Shown here: positions 21,848 through 35,845 of the stretch, piece by piece
Numbering within the stretch: the stretch's first letter is position 1
Layout: every line of letters begins with the position of its first letter
Assembly (NCBI GenBank): GCA_964019335.1
Contig: OZ025656.1
Coordinates: 62,001 to 126,000 of the forward strand
Length of the DNA stretch: 64,000 nt
Reading direction: 5' to 3'
From: Diplonema japonicum
Lineage: Eukaryota > Protista > Euglenozoa: Diplonemea
Translations under genes and position numbers: made by a program
Notes under the pieces: model-generated
The model's input: only the letters and a program-made list of their open reading frames with translations
Told to the model about the DNA's origin: nothing
Database searches by the model: none

Positions 21848-24800
21848 ATGAACACGCCGCCTTCGGATGCCGTCGGTGGCCTTTCACCCGACTGGTACTG
21901 CTCGGGGGGTAGCAAGGAGGATGAGTTGGAGATACAACTTCGGAATCTCCGCTCCAAGGTGGCTCACCTTGAGCACATTGTCTCAGAAAAGGACAGAGAG
22001 ATCGAGGAATTAAGCACCAATCTGAGAGAGGAGAGAAAGTTGGAGGCAGAGAGCCTTAGCAACATGAAGACAGGTTCAGAAAAGCTGCTGGAACAGAAAA
22101 AGCTACAGGTGCAACAGCTCAACAGCGCCATCAAGAAACTGAACGAGTCCCTACGCAAGAAGGACCAACAACTGTCTACAATAGTCGCGCACAATCTGAG
22201 GGCCGACGGCGCCTACACCGAAACAGCAGCAGAGTTGAGCGAGGCCAAACTGAACTTGCGCCACTCGGAAGCTGATCGCAGCAAGGAACGCGTTGCCATC
22301 CAACGGCTAGAAGGCCAGATGACTACCCTCACCGCGCAGAACCATCGCTTAGATGAGCTAGTGCAGCAGTATCGTCTGGAACTCACAAGAAAAGAGAACG
22401 CGCTTAATACACAACAACGCAACAATGAGAATCAGAGCCGGCTGCGTCACCTGCAGTCGATGGAGGTTGTTGAGGCGCTGGGGGAGGCCACCGCACACCT
22501 CACAAGACTGGAGAATGATCTGAACGAGCAGGAATCGATCCTCCTAAGCGGCACAGGTCTCCTTGCGTCATGCACCCCGCCAGTGGCCAGGCCAGGACAA
22601 CGCGTCCGCGTCAACATTACGACCACTTCAACGGCGGCACCCCGAATGTCCTCTTCGAGCAATGCGTTGGATTTCTCTCCCGTGACGTTGGTATCTGCTG
22701 ATGCACAAGCCACAACATACACAATGCTCTTCACTACGGGTTCCCGAGAAGGCACCGCGCAGGTCATATTCACGACAGACATGGGGTCTGCGCAGACCAC
22801 TGTTGTGGTGGAAGGGAGCCAGACCCTCTTCGACATATCAGGCAGTGAAGTGACGATGGGCTCGATCTGCTACGAGAATGAGCCGATGGAGGTGCTCATC
22901 ACCACACGTGATACGGTGGCGAACTTAGTAGTTGCCAGCTTGCGCGATGAAGAAATACAGGTACCTGAGTCACCCCTCAGGCGGAGTTCTCTGGCCTCTG
23001 CTGGTTCTGCTCTGGAGCCCTCGGCCTTTTCCAGTGGTGTTAAGTCCGCACGGTCACCCACAGTCGTCGTCAACGGTGCTAGTATTGTGCAGCACGTGAA
23101 GCGAGTTGCTAAACACACCCACAAACTGGTTGTTTGTCCGAAGCAAGGGAAGTGCGTCACGGTGCAGCTCGTAGATGACACCGGCCCAGTTGCTGCGGCA
23201 TGCTGCGAAGTGAAGACTGCGATGCCTGACCTGTCCAGGACAGTAGTCGAGGCTGCTGGTGTTATGACGGTCGGCGACAGAGGCACCGTGAAAGTGAAGC
23301 TATACGACGCTGGAGGCAGACCCTGCCCACCCCCCGCAGGTGTCCCTCCCTCTGATCTCATCAAACCTTCTTGTGGAGAGAACGGGGCAGAAGACGCAAC
23401 TGACCTAGAAGGCGAGATCCTTACCTTTGGGTTTGGTGAGTACGGTTTCCACTTCGTACCACTGGCGATAGGGAAGACGACGCTGAACGTGTCGGTCGGG
23501 AACGCTTACAAGGAGACAGTCGCCGTACGTGTTGTAGAAGCCGGAGGTGCCGCGGTTTTTGACAACTTCGAAGTGAACGCAGCACCCCCTTCGATGTGTG
23601 TGCCACTGGAATCAGATGTCTCTCTGAGTGTACTTTTCTACGATGAAGACGGACGCCCTGCCGCCTCTGCCCCTGAGCCCGCTGTTCTCGACATTAGCAT
23701 CGAAGGTGACGCCTTCACTTTGACAGGTGTCGCTCCGGATCCCAATGTGCCGAGCTCCCTTGTAGTTACCTTGTTGCCCGAACAGGGTGGCACTTCAAAT
23801 GTCACAATTTCGTGCAAAGGTGGCAGCAAGAAAGCGACCTTCCCAATATTCTGCGCTGATAAGGAACATGTCGGCCAGTACCACAAAGTGGGGCTCAGCG
23901 TGTGCGGGTCTTCTGTAGTTCCTGGTGGTTCATTTGACGTGTTCGCATCTCCAGTGGACTGTCTGGGCAATGTGCTACCATGCTTCCCCGACTACGTGAA
24001 GGACGAGGGCTTGACTGCAATGTTAGAAGGAACAGACGTCGATGTCCCTCTTGTTGCCTGCTCTGGTGGAAAGCTTAAGGCCAATCTTACAGCTCCTTTG
24101 AACGAAGGCTTCTACATAGTGGCAGTGGGGAGGACACAAGTAGCAGTGGAAGTGAGCACGAGCACCATAATGTCATCGAAGAGCGTGGCTGAAACTTCAA
24201 AAGTGCTCATTAACAGGCTCCCTGGTATATTGTACTCCCTGAGGGCGCGTGAACAGGCCTTTAAAAACGCCCGTGCAGAAGCGACAGATGCCGTGCAGGA
24301 GTGGGAGAGGGCCAAGGCACTTAACGATGAGCTTGAACGTCACACAACCGAGGAAGTAACTAAGGCGTTGGCAGCAGCAAACCGCGAGCGTGATACCATG
24401 CAAATAAAGATAGATGATCTCAAAAGCAGTCTTGCATCAGAAAGAAGAGAAGAAGAAGAATTCCAAAAAAGGTGGGATGAGCGAGAGGAAAGTTTAGAAA
24501 AGGAGAGAGCGCAACGTGCTGAGGACAGGCGGCTGTGGATAGAAGAGAGGAACCGTCTAACAGATCTTGATGAAGAAAACGCGAAGGTGATCGCAGCTTT
24601 ACGCAAGCAGATCACAGACCTCCAAGCAAAAGGAAAGCAGCAGCAGGTTGTCATGCAGCGGAAGATCACCGAGCAGGTAGAGGAGGCACAGAAGGTCATC
24701 GCTGCAGAAGAGGCGAAATGGGAGATTGATCGTTCGACATACGAAGTGAGGTGCAACAAGGTAGCAGAGCGAGTCGAGGAGCTCAAGGAGGAGCTAGAAG

Positions 24801-27800
24801 TTGAGAGACGCAGAAGCGAGCAGGGGAACGCTACCATAAGCCAACTTGAGCAGAGAATGACTTCTCTGAAGGTGGAGGCTCAAGAATTGAGACACACCAA
24901 TGAGAAATCTCTCTCGGAAGCGGAACAGGTAAAGGAGGAACTCGTAGAGTCCGGGGTGCAGTCGACGAAAAAGATTGATGAGCTGGAGCGACATCACGCA
25001 CAACTGATTGCAACATCCAACAAAACACACCTCGAGACTGTAACCAGTCTGCAAAATGAGATAGCCGTACTGAAAGAACAGCACAAGCAGGCTCTTGAAT
25101 CTACTGCCTTAGAAGGAGAAGCTCGCAAAGCAGCTGCATTGGCGCAACTTGAAACAGAAAAGATGCGCATTGTGCAAGAGAAAGAGGAGCAAGCGCTGGC
25201 AAACGAGGACCTCCTGACTCAGATTCGTACAGCGCATCGCGAGATCCTCGCTGCACAAGACGCAAAGGAGAACGACAACAGGTTGTGGGAGACAGAGAAG
25301 CGCTCGCTAGAACGGATGCTTGAAGAACGCAATCAGACAGTCAGGGATGCAGAACAGCGTTGCGCCGACGAGATAGGCACCAACAAGGCACTCGTGGAAC
25401 ACAACAAGTCGCTTTGGCTCAACGAGAAGCAGTTGTTAACAGAGCGAGTCTCTTCTCTTGAAGAAGAGGCAAGGTCCGCATCGGAGCACTGGGAGTCAAA
25501 ATTTAGTACTGAGAAGCAGATACTAAGTAACGAGAAAGCCTCCTGGGCTCATGAACGTCAAGAGCTTGTGATCTCTATCAGTAAGCTAAAGGAGCGTCTG
25601 GACGACACCGTGAAGCATGGCAACAAGGTTTTGGAAAATGAGAAACTGCAGATCGATGATGAGCGCAGGCAGTGGATGAACGAACGTGCCGACTTCCGAG
25701 CAAGACTCAACGACCTGCAACAAACGCAGGATGATGCGGTAAGGAAGTATACCAGAACGATAGAAGAGATAAAGTCGCATGCGGAAGAAGAAAGGGAAGA
25801 GTGGTGCATTGCAAAAGCAGAGCTCGAGTCTGAGCTTCAGGACACGAAAGCCCACCAAACTAACACCGCAGCAGACACAAGGAGAGAGATGAGCACCCTA
25901 AAGGGGCAGCTCGAAGCCTTGAGGCATGAAGCAGCGCAGCAGCAAGCACAGCATGAGCAAGAGCTCAAACAGCGCGACGAGCAGGCAGACGTTGAAAAGA
26001 GGAAGGCTGTGAAGCAGCTGCAGGTGACACGAGAAGACTTCGAAGTAGAAAAAGAAAAATACAAGAGAGAAACGATTTCATTGCGGCAGCAAGCAGAGAA
26101 CCTGCAAGCCACGTTGGAAGATGCTCACAGCCGACACGTCATGAAAATGGAAGAGACAGAGCTTGAGCGCCAGAAGTGGGTAGCAGAGAAAGCACAGCTG
26201 CGTGATAGGCTTGCTGTGATTGAAGCGAGTGCTGCTGAACTAGCTGAGGACCACAAACAGCAGCTGGGTGAACATGACAGACAGCTTGCTGCTGTTAAAA
26301 AAGAGTCCGAAGCTGTGCTGCAAGCAAAGATCTCGCAGATAGAAGCTCACATGGCAACGCGGATGCAGCAAGAAGCTGCTGACATGGAAGCAAAGCACGC
26401 CTTGGCAGCAGAGGAGTGGGAAGCTGCTCTTGTACGAGCAGCAGAGTCCCACAAAGCAGAGATCGCAAGGATACAAGCAGCAGCTGAGGAGCGTGAGAAC
26501 ATGGCAGATTCGTACCTGGACACAGCGAAGGAAAACTACAAAATAGAAATCGATAAGCTTGAAGCCGAGTTAGCAAAGGCAAAAACCGAGAAAGTAGCTG
26601 CAAGACAACGTGCTGAAACTGAGCGCTCAGAAGAGCGACAGCGGTCAAGGCAGGAGATGCAACAAGTGGTTGATGAGCACGAGCGGGAGAGAAAGCAGTG
26701 GGAAACAAGTCGAGACGAACTTTTGAAGGCTTCCGATGAGATGAAGATGGCACACCAAAGAGAGGTAAACGAACTGAACAGGCAGCTTCAGAGGGCGGGT
26801 CTTGATGAAGCAGAAGCGCAGCAGGAAGAGTCACGCAAAGAGATGGCAAGCCTAAGGGTTGCTTGGCAAAAGCAGCTCGCAGCAGCTCACGACGCACATG
26901 AACGCGACCGAGCAGCTTTTGCAAAAGAGAGAGAAGAATGGAGGAGCGAGAGGTCCAAGCTGTGGAACGAGCGCAACTCAAATAAGCAGTTGCTTGAGGC
27001 ATCCTTGGCAGAGGCCATGCAAGCAAGGGACGACGCAGAGCTGTTGGCTACGCAACGTGTGGAAGAAATCACCAAGCTGCTCGACCGCAACACGGAGATG
27101 GAAGACCTGCTTCAAAGTGCAAGACGCAAGCTCGAGGAGCGTGCCTCTGTGGAGCAGCAACTTCTCGACAGCGGAAAGGACGAATGGGAACAGGAGAAGG
27201 GGGACCTCCATGCCCAGATGGAGCACCTTCGTGACAATATGGAGCATCAGCAGAACGAGAGGTTGAAACTGCAGCAGGAAATCGAGGAGCTGCAACGACA
27301 GGCCGACGAAGCTATGACCGACAGCACCAGCAAGCATCACAAGAAGGTAGATGTGCTGAGGAAAGAGCTCGACTTGCAGAACGCAGCTGTTGCAAAGTTG
27401 CAACGTGAGATCAGCAAACAGGTGGCTTCGAACGAGCAGCTGCAGAAAAAAATGGCTGAAGAGTCCAAGCAGGCAACAACAGAAGCACATAACTTACAGC
27501 ATGCATCTGAAACTGGCCTCCAGAGCGCCAAGCACCGCATTGATGAATTAGAACAAGAGGTTTCGACACAACAGCAAAAATTGCAAGACGCAAACACAAT
27601 TCACGTGCGCCAGGTAAACGAGTTTGAAGAGGAGAAAGAGCAACTCATGCAGGAGTACGAAGACCTGAGGAACAGACACTCGGAGATACAAGCAAACTAC
27701 AACACACAGATCCAGAAGAGTGCTGAGGAGGCACAGAAGCTGCGTGTGGTGTCATCCATGTCCGACACGGAATGGGCTGCTAAAGAGCAGCGCTGGACGG

Positions 27801-30352
27801 AGTCCATGGAGGAAGCTAACAAGCAACTCCAGCAAGAACGCGAACTTTCCAACGAGAGGCTCGTAAAGGCGCAGGCAGCGATTGAAGAACAACTTGAAAA
27901 CTCGGAGAATGAAAAGACCGACTTGAGGGCACAGTTGCAGAGCACGGAGGCAGCCTTAGCCCTCGAAAAACAGACCCGTTCGGAGACAGACACTTGGCAC
28001 AAGGATAAACTTGAAAGTGAAAAGCAGGCTTGGGCCAGAGATAGAGATCACACTGCCCAGCAGCTGGAGAGCTACAAGAAGCTCTTGCAGGAAACTCAGC
28101 AAAAACAACAAGAGAGTCTTGAAGCTATGTCATCAGAGAGGAAACAATGGCTTGCAGAGAGGGTTAAGCTGCGCGAAGAGGCAACAGCCCTTCGCACACA
28201 GCTGTCGGTATGCCCAAATCACACCACGCACCATGCCACAGGGTCTAGAGCAATCGTTCATTGAACAGGCAGAGCAATACGCAAAACAGCTTACAGAGCT
28301 CACACAAAAGGAAGACACGACTCTGGAAGACGTGACGAACGCCGAAATGAAATTTAAAAACGAGGAGCTCGGAAGGCTGATCGCTGAGCTGCAGGCAACA
28401 AAGGAAAGGTACGAAACAGAGCGGCAGCACCGCGACGAGCTTTACGACCAAGAGAAGGAAAGGCTCATGGCACGCTTGCGGACAGCGGAAGAAGCGAGTA
28501 ACACACAAGTAGAAGTGTTGAAAAAATCACATGGAGCGCAGGTGCGACAGCTCATGGAAGAACTCGCCGGTTTGCAAGACACGGGTACACACGAAAGGCA
28601 GCGCTTTGAGAGTGAAAAGGTGGCAGAGAGAGAGAAACTGACCAACGAAGCCTCCCGTTTGAGTTCCATGCTGAATGAAGAAAGGAATAAATGGAATGAG
28701 GAAAGGACGGCCCTGTGTACCCAGCTTGAAGCTCAGAAGAAAAGTACTACCGAGAGACTGCGACGGGAACGCGAGAACGCAGAGCAGCAGCAGAGAGAGA
28801 TGCAGGACAAGACAGACCAGAGACACGCGCTAGATGCTAAGCGAGAAGAACTGGAGAGGCAACTTGTCAGCGATATGCAAAAGTTCGACAGTGAAAGGGA
28901 TAGCTTCAAACGCGAGCGCGTCACGTGGCACGAGGAGAGGCGAACGTTGTGGAGTGAGAGAGATGAGCTGAAAGCAGAACTTGAGAACACCTTGCTGCAG
29001 GTGCGGACATCGAAGAGCGAGGCAGCGCTGAGCTCACCCAACCAGACAACAGCTTTGCACGCAAAGCTTGAGCAAGCCATGAAGGAGGCATCGCAGAAGT
29101 CACAGGTAAGAATTGGAAAGTAGACCACACTATTTCACAGGAAGCAGTGGATATCCGCAATGCATGGGCACAGGAGAAGAAAGAATTCGACTCCTTCCTT
29201 GCAGAGCTCGACTGCGAAAAAGAGAAAGACAGGAAGAAAACCATCGAGGAGGCTAACAAAGCTTGGCTTGGGGAGCGCGAGGAGCTGAGGAAAGAGATCT
29301 CTAGACTGAGCGATTTGTCGCTGCAGCTGAACGATCTTCAAAGCGACGAGAAGAGAGCCGACTCAACAGGTGCTACACAGTCGCCCTCACCATCGTTGTC
29401 TAACAAAAGAAGCAGCGGTGGCGTGCCGTCCTTCAACCTGGTATGCTATCCACAAACAAGGAACACCACCGCAGGATGAGCTTAAATCAGCTTTGGTATT
29501 AAAGTACGGCAGCACGGCAGCTGCAGTGTCATCGATGCTTGCGTATGTAATACACAACAACAACAACATGTACTCAGGGGCGACAGCATTATTGACAACT
29601 CATCCATTTATGAGATGCTAAGGGTGGTGGGGCTTGAACATGTGGCGCCCTCGTTCATCCAAGCAGCCGTGGAGGCAGGGAATGATTCCTTGCTGGAGGG
29701 GGTCAAGAGGTTGCTGGGTACAAATGGCAGCAAGTATGAGACGCAGGTAAAGGAGTACGAACAACGGGACGAGCTCAGCAAGCAGCTAGCGGAGCAATCC
29801 CGTAAGATACTTGAGAACAAGAAGGAGAGGGGTGTTGTACCTATCTCTGCAAAGCAGGTGATCCCTGCAATGACCGTCACGAAAGTGCACACTTCAAGCT
29901 CAACAGTGAGGAGCAATAGGTACAAGAGCTTTGCTTACTTCGGTGTTGAAGTGACCGACGGAGTGAGAGTAGGGCAGAACAAGCAAGAGTATTTCGGTGT
30001 GAAAGTAGTTAACGTCAAAGGTGCTGCAGAGCAAGCAGGCATCGAACCGGGCGACGTGATGAAGGAGATCGCCGGCTCGCGTGTTAGTTCGCTGGACGAG
30101 TTCCGGCACGTGATGGAGTCCCTCCCTAGCAACTCTCCCCTTTACGTGGTAGTCGACCGCGATGGTACCGAGGTCGTACTCACTGTCAAGCCGCACGTCA
30201 CCAACGCACGTCCAGGCTCCCTCTCTCGTTACACACAAGCTGTCAGTGTGCATGCAGATTCCGATTACCGCAGCCGCAGTGGTGGCAGCGACCTCAGCAC
30301 CGTCACAAGCAGCACCAACAGAACAAAACTCAACAGCGTGCCGTTCAGGTAG
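21848..30352 (+). CDS. Giant protein: coiled coil, Ig/filamin-like repeats, ~1600-aa coiled coil, PDZ domain (~2788 aa)
   Basis: 6.3-kb first exon. Beta-rich repeats (VKVKLYDAGGRP, LSVLFYDEDGRP, VFASPVDCLGN); PDZ-like GVKVVNVKGAAEQAGIEPGDVMKEIAG. Introns 28208-28241, 29106-29140, 29441-29474 and 29543-29577 link five ORF segments in frame. Confidence 0.85.
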
Positions 30353-30430
30353 ATAACTTATACTTAGATTGAGTAGTTTAGAATCCGCAGCAAAACATAC
30401 CCACACACATCCATCTCTAGGGTTGGCAAT

Positions 30431-31875
30431 ATGTTCGGCTTCGGGGCGTCGTCCTCTGGTGGGGGCTTTGGTGGTGGTGGTTTTGGTGCTTCTTCTTCTT
30501 CTGGTGGTGGTTTTGGTGGTTTCGGAGCGTCATCTTCAGCTGCTAGTAGTGGGTTCGGCGGCTTTGGCGCTTCCTCGTCAACAGGCGGCTTTGGTGGGTT
30601 CGGCGCTTCTTCTTCCTCATCTGCTGGTGGGTTCGGCGGCTTCGGGGCCCCATCTTCTGCAGGATCTTCATCCGGTGGCTTTGGTGGGTTCGGCGCCTCG
30701 TCAAGTAGTGCCGGTGGTTTCGGCGGCTTTGGTGCCTCTTCATCTGGTGCTAGCGCTGGAGGGTTCGGTGCTTCTTCGTCAAGTGCTGGTGGTTTTGGCG
30801 GCTTCGGGGCATCCTCCTCATCCAGCGCTGGTGGCTTTGGCGGCTTCGGGGCATCCTCCTCATCCAGCGCAGGTGGCTTCGGCGGCTTCGGGGCATCCTC
30901 CTCATCCAGCGCTGGTGGCTTCGGCGGCTTCGGAGCATCCTCCTCATCATCTGGTACTGGCGGTTTCGGTGGCTTCGGTGCCTCTTCATCCAGCGGAGGC
31001 GGCTTCGGGGGGTTCGGAGCTCAGCCTGCGTCCTCATCCTCTGCTGGTGGCTTTGGCGGCTTCGGGGCATCGTCCGGTGCTTCTGCCACCATCCCGGAAT
31101 CTTGGCAAGCAAAAACACTGAAAGAAATATGCGACGAATGCGAGCGCTGCCTAGGTATGCATGGCGGGACAACACATTGCACAACAACAACAACACCAAC
31201 AACAGAGGAAGACAAGCAAAGCTTCACGCAGTGTGCGGATAGCGTGATCCGTTTGGACTTGGCGCTGCATGAAATTGGGGACAACGTATGAAGGCTGCAT
31301 TCTTTATTATGACAACAACAGATGCTGAGGCTCCGCTCTCAGGTGGAGGACTGCAAGAAAAACAAACAGAGTTTGGAGGGAACAATATACTCGTTGGAGA
31401 ACGACCTTGACGTATGCAAGACACCAGTGACAACAACAACAAAACAGTCGCTTGAGAAGAAGGTCGCAGGCGAGGCAGAGAAGAGCATAGAACAGCTTGC
31501 CAAGGCGAGCACCACAGACGGGATCGACAGGATGGGCTACGGGTACTCCAGCACAGGTGCTAGCGCTGGTTACGACAAAGAACGGCAGGTAGCCTATGAG
31601 AAGGCAAAGGCGATAGAAGACAAGCTGCAGAGCATCGAAAGCAGACTGGCCGACAAGGTGGCCAGCTTCAACCATGCAGTTGGGGATGACCACTCCACAG
31701 TTAGGTATGAAGGAGACGAACAGAGGGAGGAAAAGAAAAACCACGCAGATCACTAACACACATCCTGGACCACCATGTGGAGTACATGCGGAAGTTAGAT
31801 CAGAACATAGAAGCGGTCAAGAAACAGTGCGCAGAAACATCCGAAAGAATCCTCGGCGGCCGGCACCAGATGTGA
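30431..31875 (+). CDS. NUP62: FG-repeat nucleoporin Nup62/Nsp1-like (~425 aa)
   Basis: About 17 GGFGGFGASSSS-type repeats, then a coiled coil with KTLKEI..FTQCA..LD and RQVAYEKA..IE; terminal ILDHHVEYMRKLDQN resembles Nup62 ILNAHMDSLQWID. Introns 31155-31205, 31286-31321, 31412-31447, 31705-31748. Confidence 0.8.
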
Positions 31876-31978
31876 TGTCCGCTAATCAAGTGTTTCCACG
31901 TTAATAGATACTCCACCCACTCCGTCGTGTGCTCCTTCACAGCCACACAGGTAGGGAGGGTACTTTGGGGGGTTTGAA

Positions 31979-33009
31979 ATGTCGGGTGGTGCCATAGATG
32001 TCGATGCCATCATCACCAAATTGCTGGCGGTGAAGGGGTCGAAGACCAACAAGCCTGTTCTGCTGAGCGAAGGGGAGGTCAGAGCGCTGGTGCTGCGTTC
32101 GCGTGAGATTTTCATGAGTCAAAGCCCTTTGCTGGAACTCGAAGCGCCCCTTAAGGTATACCAAGAGAAAAAAGAGGGGAAAAAATACAGGTGTGCGGTG
32201 ATGTGCACGGGCAGTACTACGATCTGCTGAGACTCTTCGACCACGGTGGGTTCCCGCCTGACGCGAACTACATCTTCCTTGGTGACTACGTTGACAGGGG
32301 AAAGAACTCGCTGGAGACAGCATGCCTGCTCCTTGCGTACAAAATCAAGTTCCCTGAGAACTTCTTCCTGCTGAGAGGGAACCACGAGTGCGCGTCCATC
32401 AACAGGATCTACGGCTTCTACGACGACTGCAAGAGGAGGTACAACATTAAGTTGTGGAAGGCCTTCACGGACACCTTCAACTGCTTCCCTGTTGCGGCCG
32501 TGATCGACGAGAAGATCTTCTGCATGCACGGAGGGCTGTCACCAGAGCTGGACAACATGGACCAGATCAGGAACATCAGACGTCCTGTTGACGTCCCCGA
32601 CCAGGGGCTGATATGTGACTTGCTGTGGGGTGACCCGGAAGAGGGCATCATGGGGTATGTACACAGTATTTAAAACCACATTCACATACAGTTGGGGTGA
32701 GAACGACAGAGGGGTTTCCTTCACATTTGGTGCCGATGTCGTGGAGAAGTTCCTCCGTAGGCACGACTTCGACCTCATCTGCCGTGCTCACCAAGTGGTG
32801 GAGGACGGCTACCAGTTCTTCGCTCAGAGACAGCTGATCACACTCTTCTCTGCTCCCAACTACTGTGGTGAGTTCGACAATTCCGCAGCAATCATGAGCA
32901 TCGACCAGACCCTTATGTGCTCCTTCCAGATTTTGAAGGCACAGGTATGCTATTGATTTTTATAAATTAAAATATCACACAGGTCAAGAAGCCCCGTTTG
33001 TATACATAA
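31979..33009 (+). CDS. PP1: Serine/threonine protein phosphatase 1 catalytic subunit (306 aa)
   Basis: GDVHG, GDYVDRG, RGNHE and [11 protein letters not shown] motifs. Introns 32156-32190, 32655-32691, 32945-32982. Confidence 0.97.
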
Positions 33010-34860
33010 AAAAATAGAGAAAAAAATAATGAGATTTTCCTTTTTTTTATATTCCCCACCACTTCCCCCCCCCCCCCCCCTATTTTCCCCTCACTTTTTT
33101 TCCCCCTCTCCTCCCCTCCCCCTGAGTTTGTCCATATTTTTTTTGAAAAAAGAAATCATAAAGAAAGAATAAGAACCCCCCCCCCCCTACAGCTCCCTTT
33201 TTTTACCCCCATTTTTTTTTTCCGTACCCCATTCCCCCCCCCTTTTTTTCGTCCTCCCCTCCTTATCGGGCTTCATATTAAAAAAAAAGGTTGGTTTCCT
33301 TCCCGTGTTGACTTTTTCTTCTCTTCTTCTTATTGGAGACTCTAAACAGGACCCTTGTGCCCACTGTCTCCTCTTGGGAAGAGTGAAACAAGAGCCTTTT
33401 GTAAGACAGTTGGGAAAAGAAGAAAAAAAAAAGAAAGCGAAAGCGATATGAAGAAGAAAAAAAAAGTAGGGGAGGAATGCTTGATTACAAAAAAAAATAA
33501 TTTTTTTGCAAAATTAAACCCTAGCCTTTTCAAACTCTTGACTTTGCCTTTATTCTTATTTTTGCAAAATCCTTTTTGGAAAAAGAAAAAAAAAGGAAAG
33601 AGTTTCTTATTGAAAAAAAAAATTGAAATGAAAAAAAAGAATGAGATGACAGATCACACCTACTTCCCTTGTACCGCAGCTTGCTATGTAAATTGAGCAT
33701 TACAGTTAGGCTTCATTCTGAAGTGAAAGATCTCGAAGCACAACACAAGGAAGGGCAAGGCTTAAAAAAAAACCCCATTTTCTCCCTTTTTTTATTCCCG
33801 TTTTACAAGTGTACCTTATATTCTTTTTATTTTATTTTCCCTCTCTTTTTTATTTTCCTTTTGTGACTCCCCCCCCCCCCCCCCCCCTGTTTCTTTCCCA
33901 CATTTCTACTGTTCACCCCCACCCATTTTTTTTCTTTTCAAAAAAAAAACCCCCCAAAAATACCAGGAGAGGTAAAAAATATGGGGGAAAATATTCCAGG
34001 ATGAAAAAAAAAAAGAGCTAGAGAGGGGTAAAATGCCTCTATTTACTGTGATGGCACTATTCTGTATACAAAAAAAGAATGTAAAAAAAAAAAAAAACAA
34101 AGGGGGGAAAGAAAAAAAGAAAGGAAAACACTAAAACAAACAACTGAATCCTGTCAAAGGAAGGAAACGTCTCTGGCAAATTGGGGTGGCAAGGCTGGGC
34201 CTCCGCCCTTAATTCTTTTCTTCCCCTTCTCTTGTCCCTCTTACGACTATTTTTTCCCCCTCGATATCTTTTTTTACTGGCTCCCGAAATGCTTTTATTA
34301 GAAAAAGAAAAGAAAACGAAAAAAAATGCGAAAAGTTGGCAGAGATAACATAACTATGAAAGTTTTTTTCTTGGTCCTCTTTCCCTCACCCCCATGTTTC
34401 CCCCTGCCAGCTACCAACCCCCCCCCCCCCCCCCCTTTATTGGTCCACAATTTATTTTTAGCCCCCCCATGTCCCTATGGGGCGCGTGCATGCCCGAGAA
34501 CTCCAGGGGTGGCCATCATCAGGAAAGGAGGAAATGGAGGAAGAGAGAATGAGAAGAAAAAGTTTTTAAAAGCCCGGTTCTTGAGCTTGCTTTTGTTTGG
34601 CAACTATGTAGAGGAATAAAGAAGATAGAAGAAGAAGAAAAAAAGAGATAATACGGAAAAAAAAAAAAAAAGAGGAAGACAGAAAGAGGAGAAGAGCCCC
34701 ACCACGTCTGCTGACAGCTATCAGACGGTTACACAACATGTAAGAGCCACGCGCCCCATACCCTCCCCGTCTCTATTCATAGCATTTATTTTTGTGTGTT
34801 TTTTTTTTCTTTTCTTTCTTTCTTTCTATGTTCTCGTGTTGCGTCTTGTACCCACACAGG
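33010..34860. other. Long homopolymer-rich spacer / probable long 3' UTR
   Basis: Alternating poly-A, -T, -C runs; the ORFs here are poly-K/F artefacts. Confidence 0.6.
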
Positions 34861-34874
34861 CCCAGCCCGGGGCA

Positions 34875-35776
34875 ATGAGTGTCGTCGAGGGATATGATGA
34901 AGTTCTGCAGGCGACGAAGGAGTCCTGCAGCAGTGTGGAGCAGGAGATGGCCACCAGCACCAAACACATAAAGCAGGCAAAGGAACAAGTGACAACACAC
35001 AACACACTGAAGAGGAAGCACGAAGAACTGAAGGGGCAGATCGCAAAGCGCAGATCTCGGTGCGACGAGCTGAAGCATGCCACGCAGAAGCAGAAGGAGC
35101 TAGCGGCTGAGAAGGCAGTCCGCCGGGAAGTCCTCATGCCAGAGGTAGCCACCATGAAGGAGAATCAGTTCAGCCTTTTCGCGCAGCAGGTGAGGAATGA
35201 GAGAAAGGAAATCCTTGCCGAGAAGAACAAACTAAAGGATGTGTTTGCAGCTCGTGTGAAGACAGTCCTCGAGAGCATAGCCGACAAGACAGGCGCGAAG
35301 AGTGAGATTAAACTGAAAGGCGAGGCCGAAGAGGAAGAGGAAACCCCTATGTCACACCTGATCTTCTCAAAGCTGGGGACAGCACCGCGCTCGGGCGACA
35401 TGCTCAACTTAGTGTATAAGGTATACCGCATTGCACCACTAGACACACACAGAGCTTATTCTTCCTTACTAAACACGAGGAAAAGCAGCGCAACGAGGAA
35501 AGAAAGATCGAGAAGCAACGCCAGGATCGTGAAGAGCGTGCGAAACGCGAGACAGAGAAAAGCAGCAAGGAGGCCGTAAAAAACACAAGCCGTTGGGGCA
35601 GAAATGACAAGAAAGAGGCCGACTTGGACTCTTCGGAGTCCAGCTACACGCGCAGCGCGTCGTCCTCGAGCCGTACGAGGTCCTCGTCCGTGGTATGCAC
35701 ACCACACCACACCACACACATGCAGTCGTCACGACGATCGGACTCAGATGAAGAGCTTGCAAGGCCGCAGGGATGA
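34875..35776 (+). CDS. Hypothetical coiled-coil protein (~278 aa)
   Basis: ATG 15 nt after tract-plus-cacacAG; introns 35421-35452 and 35693-35725; charged helical composition. Confidence 0.75.
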
Positions 35777-35845
35777 GTGCTAGTTCCAAACTTAACGAGT
35801 GTCCAGTAGTGTATTATTACAACCATAACAAGCACCACAGCAACA

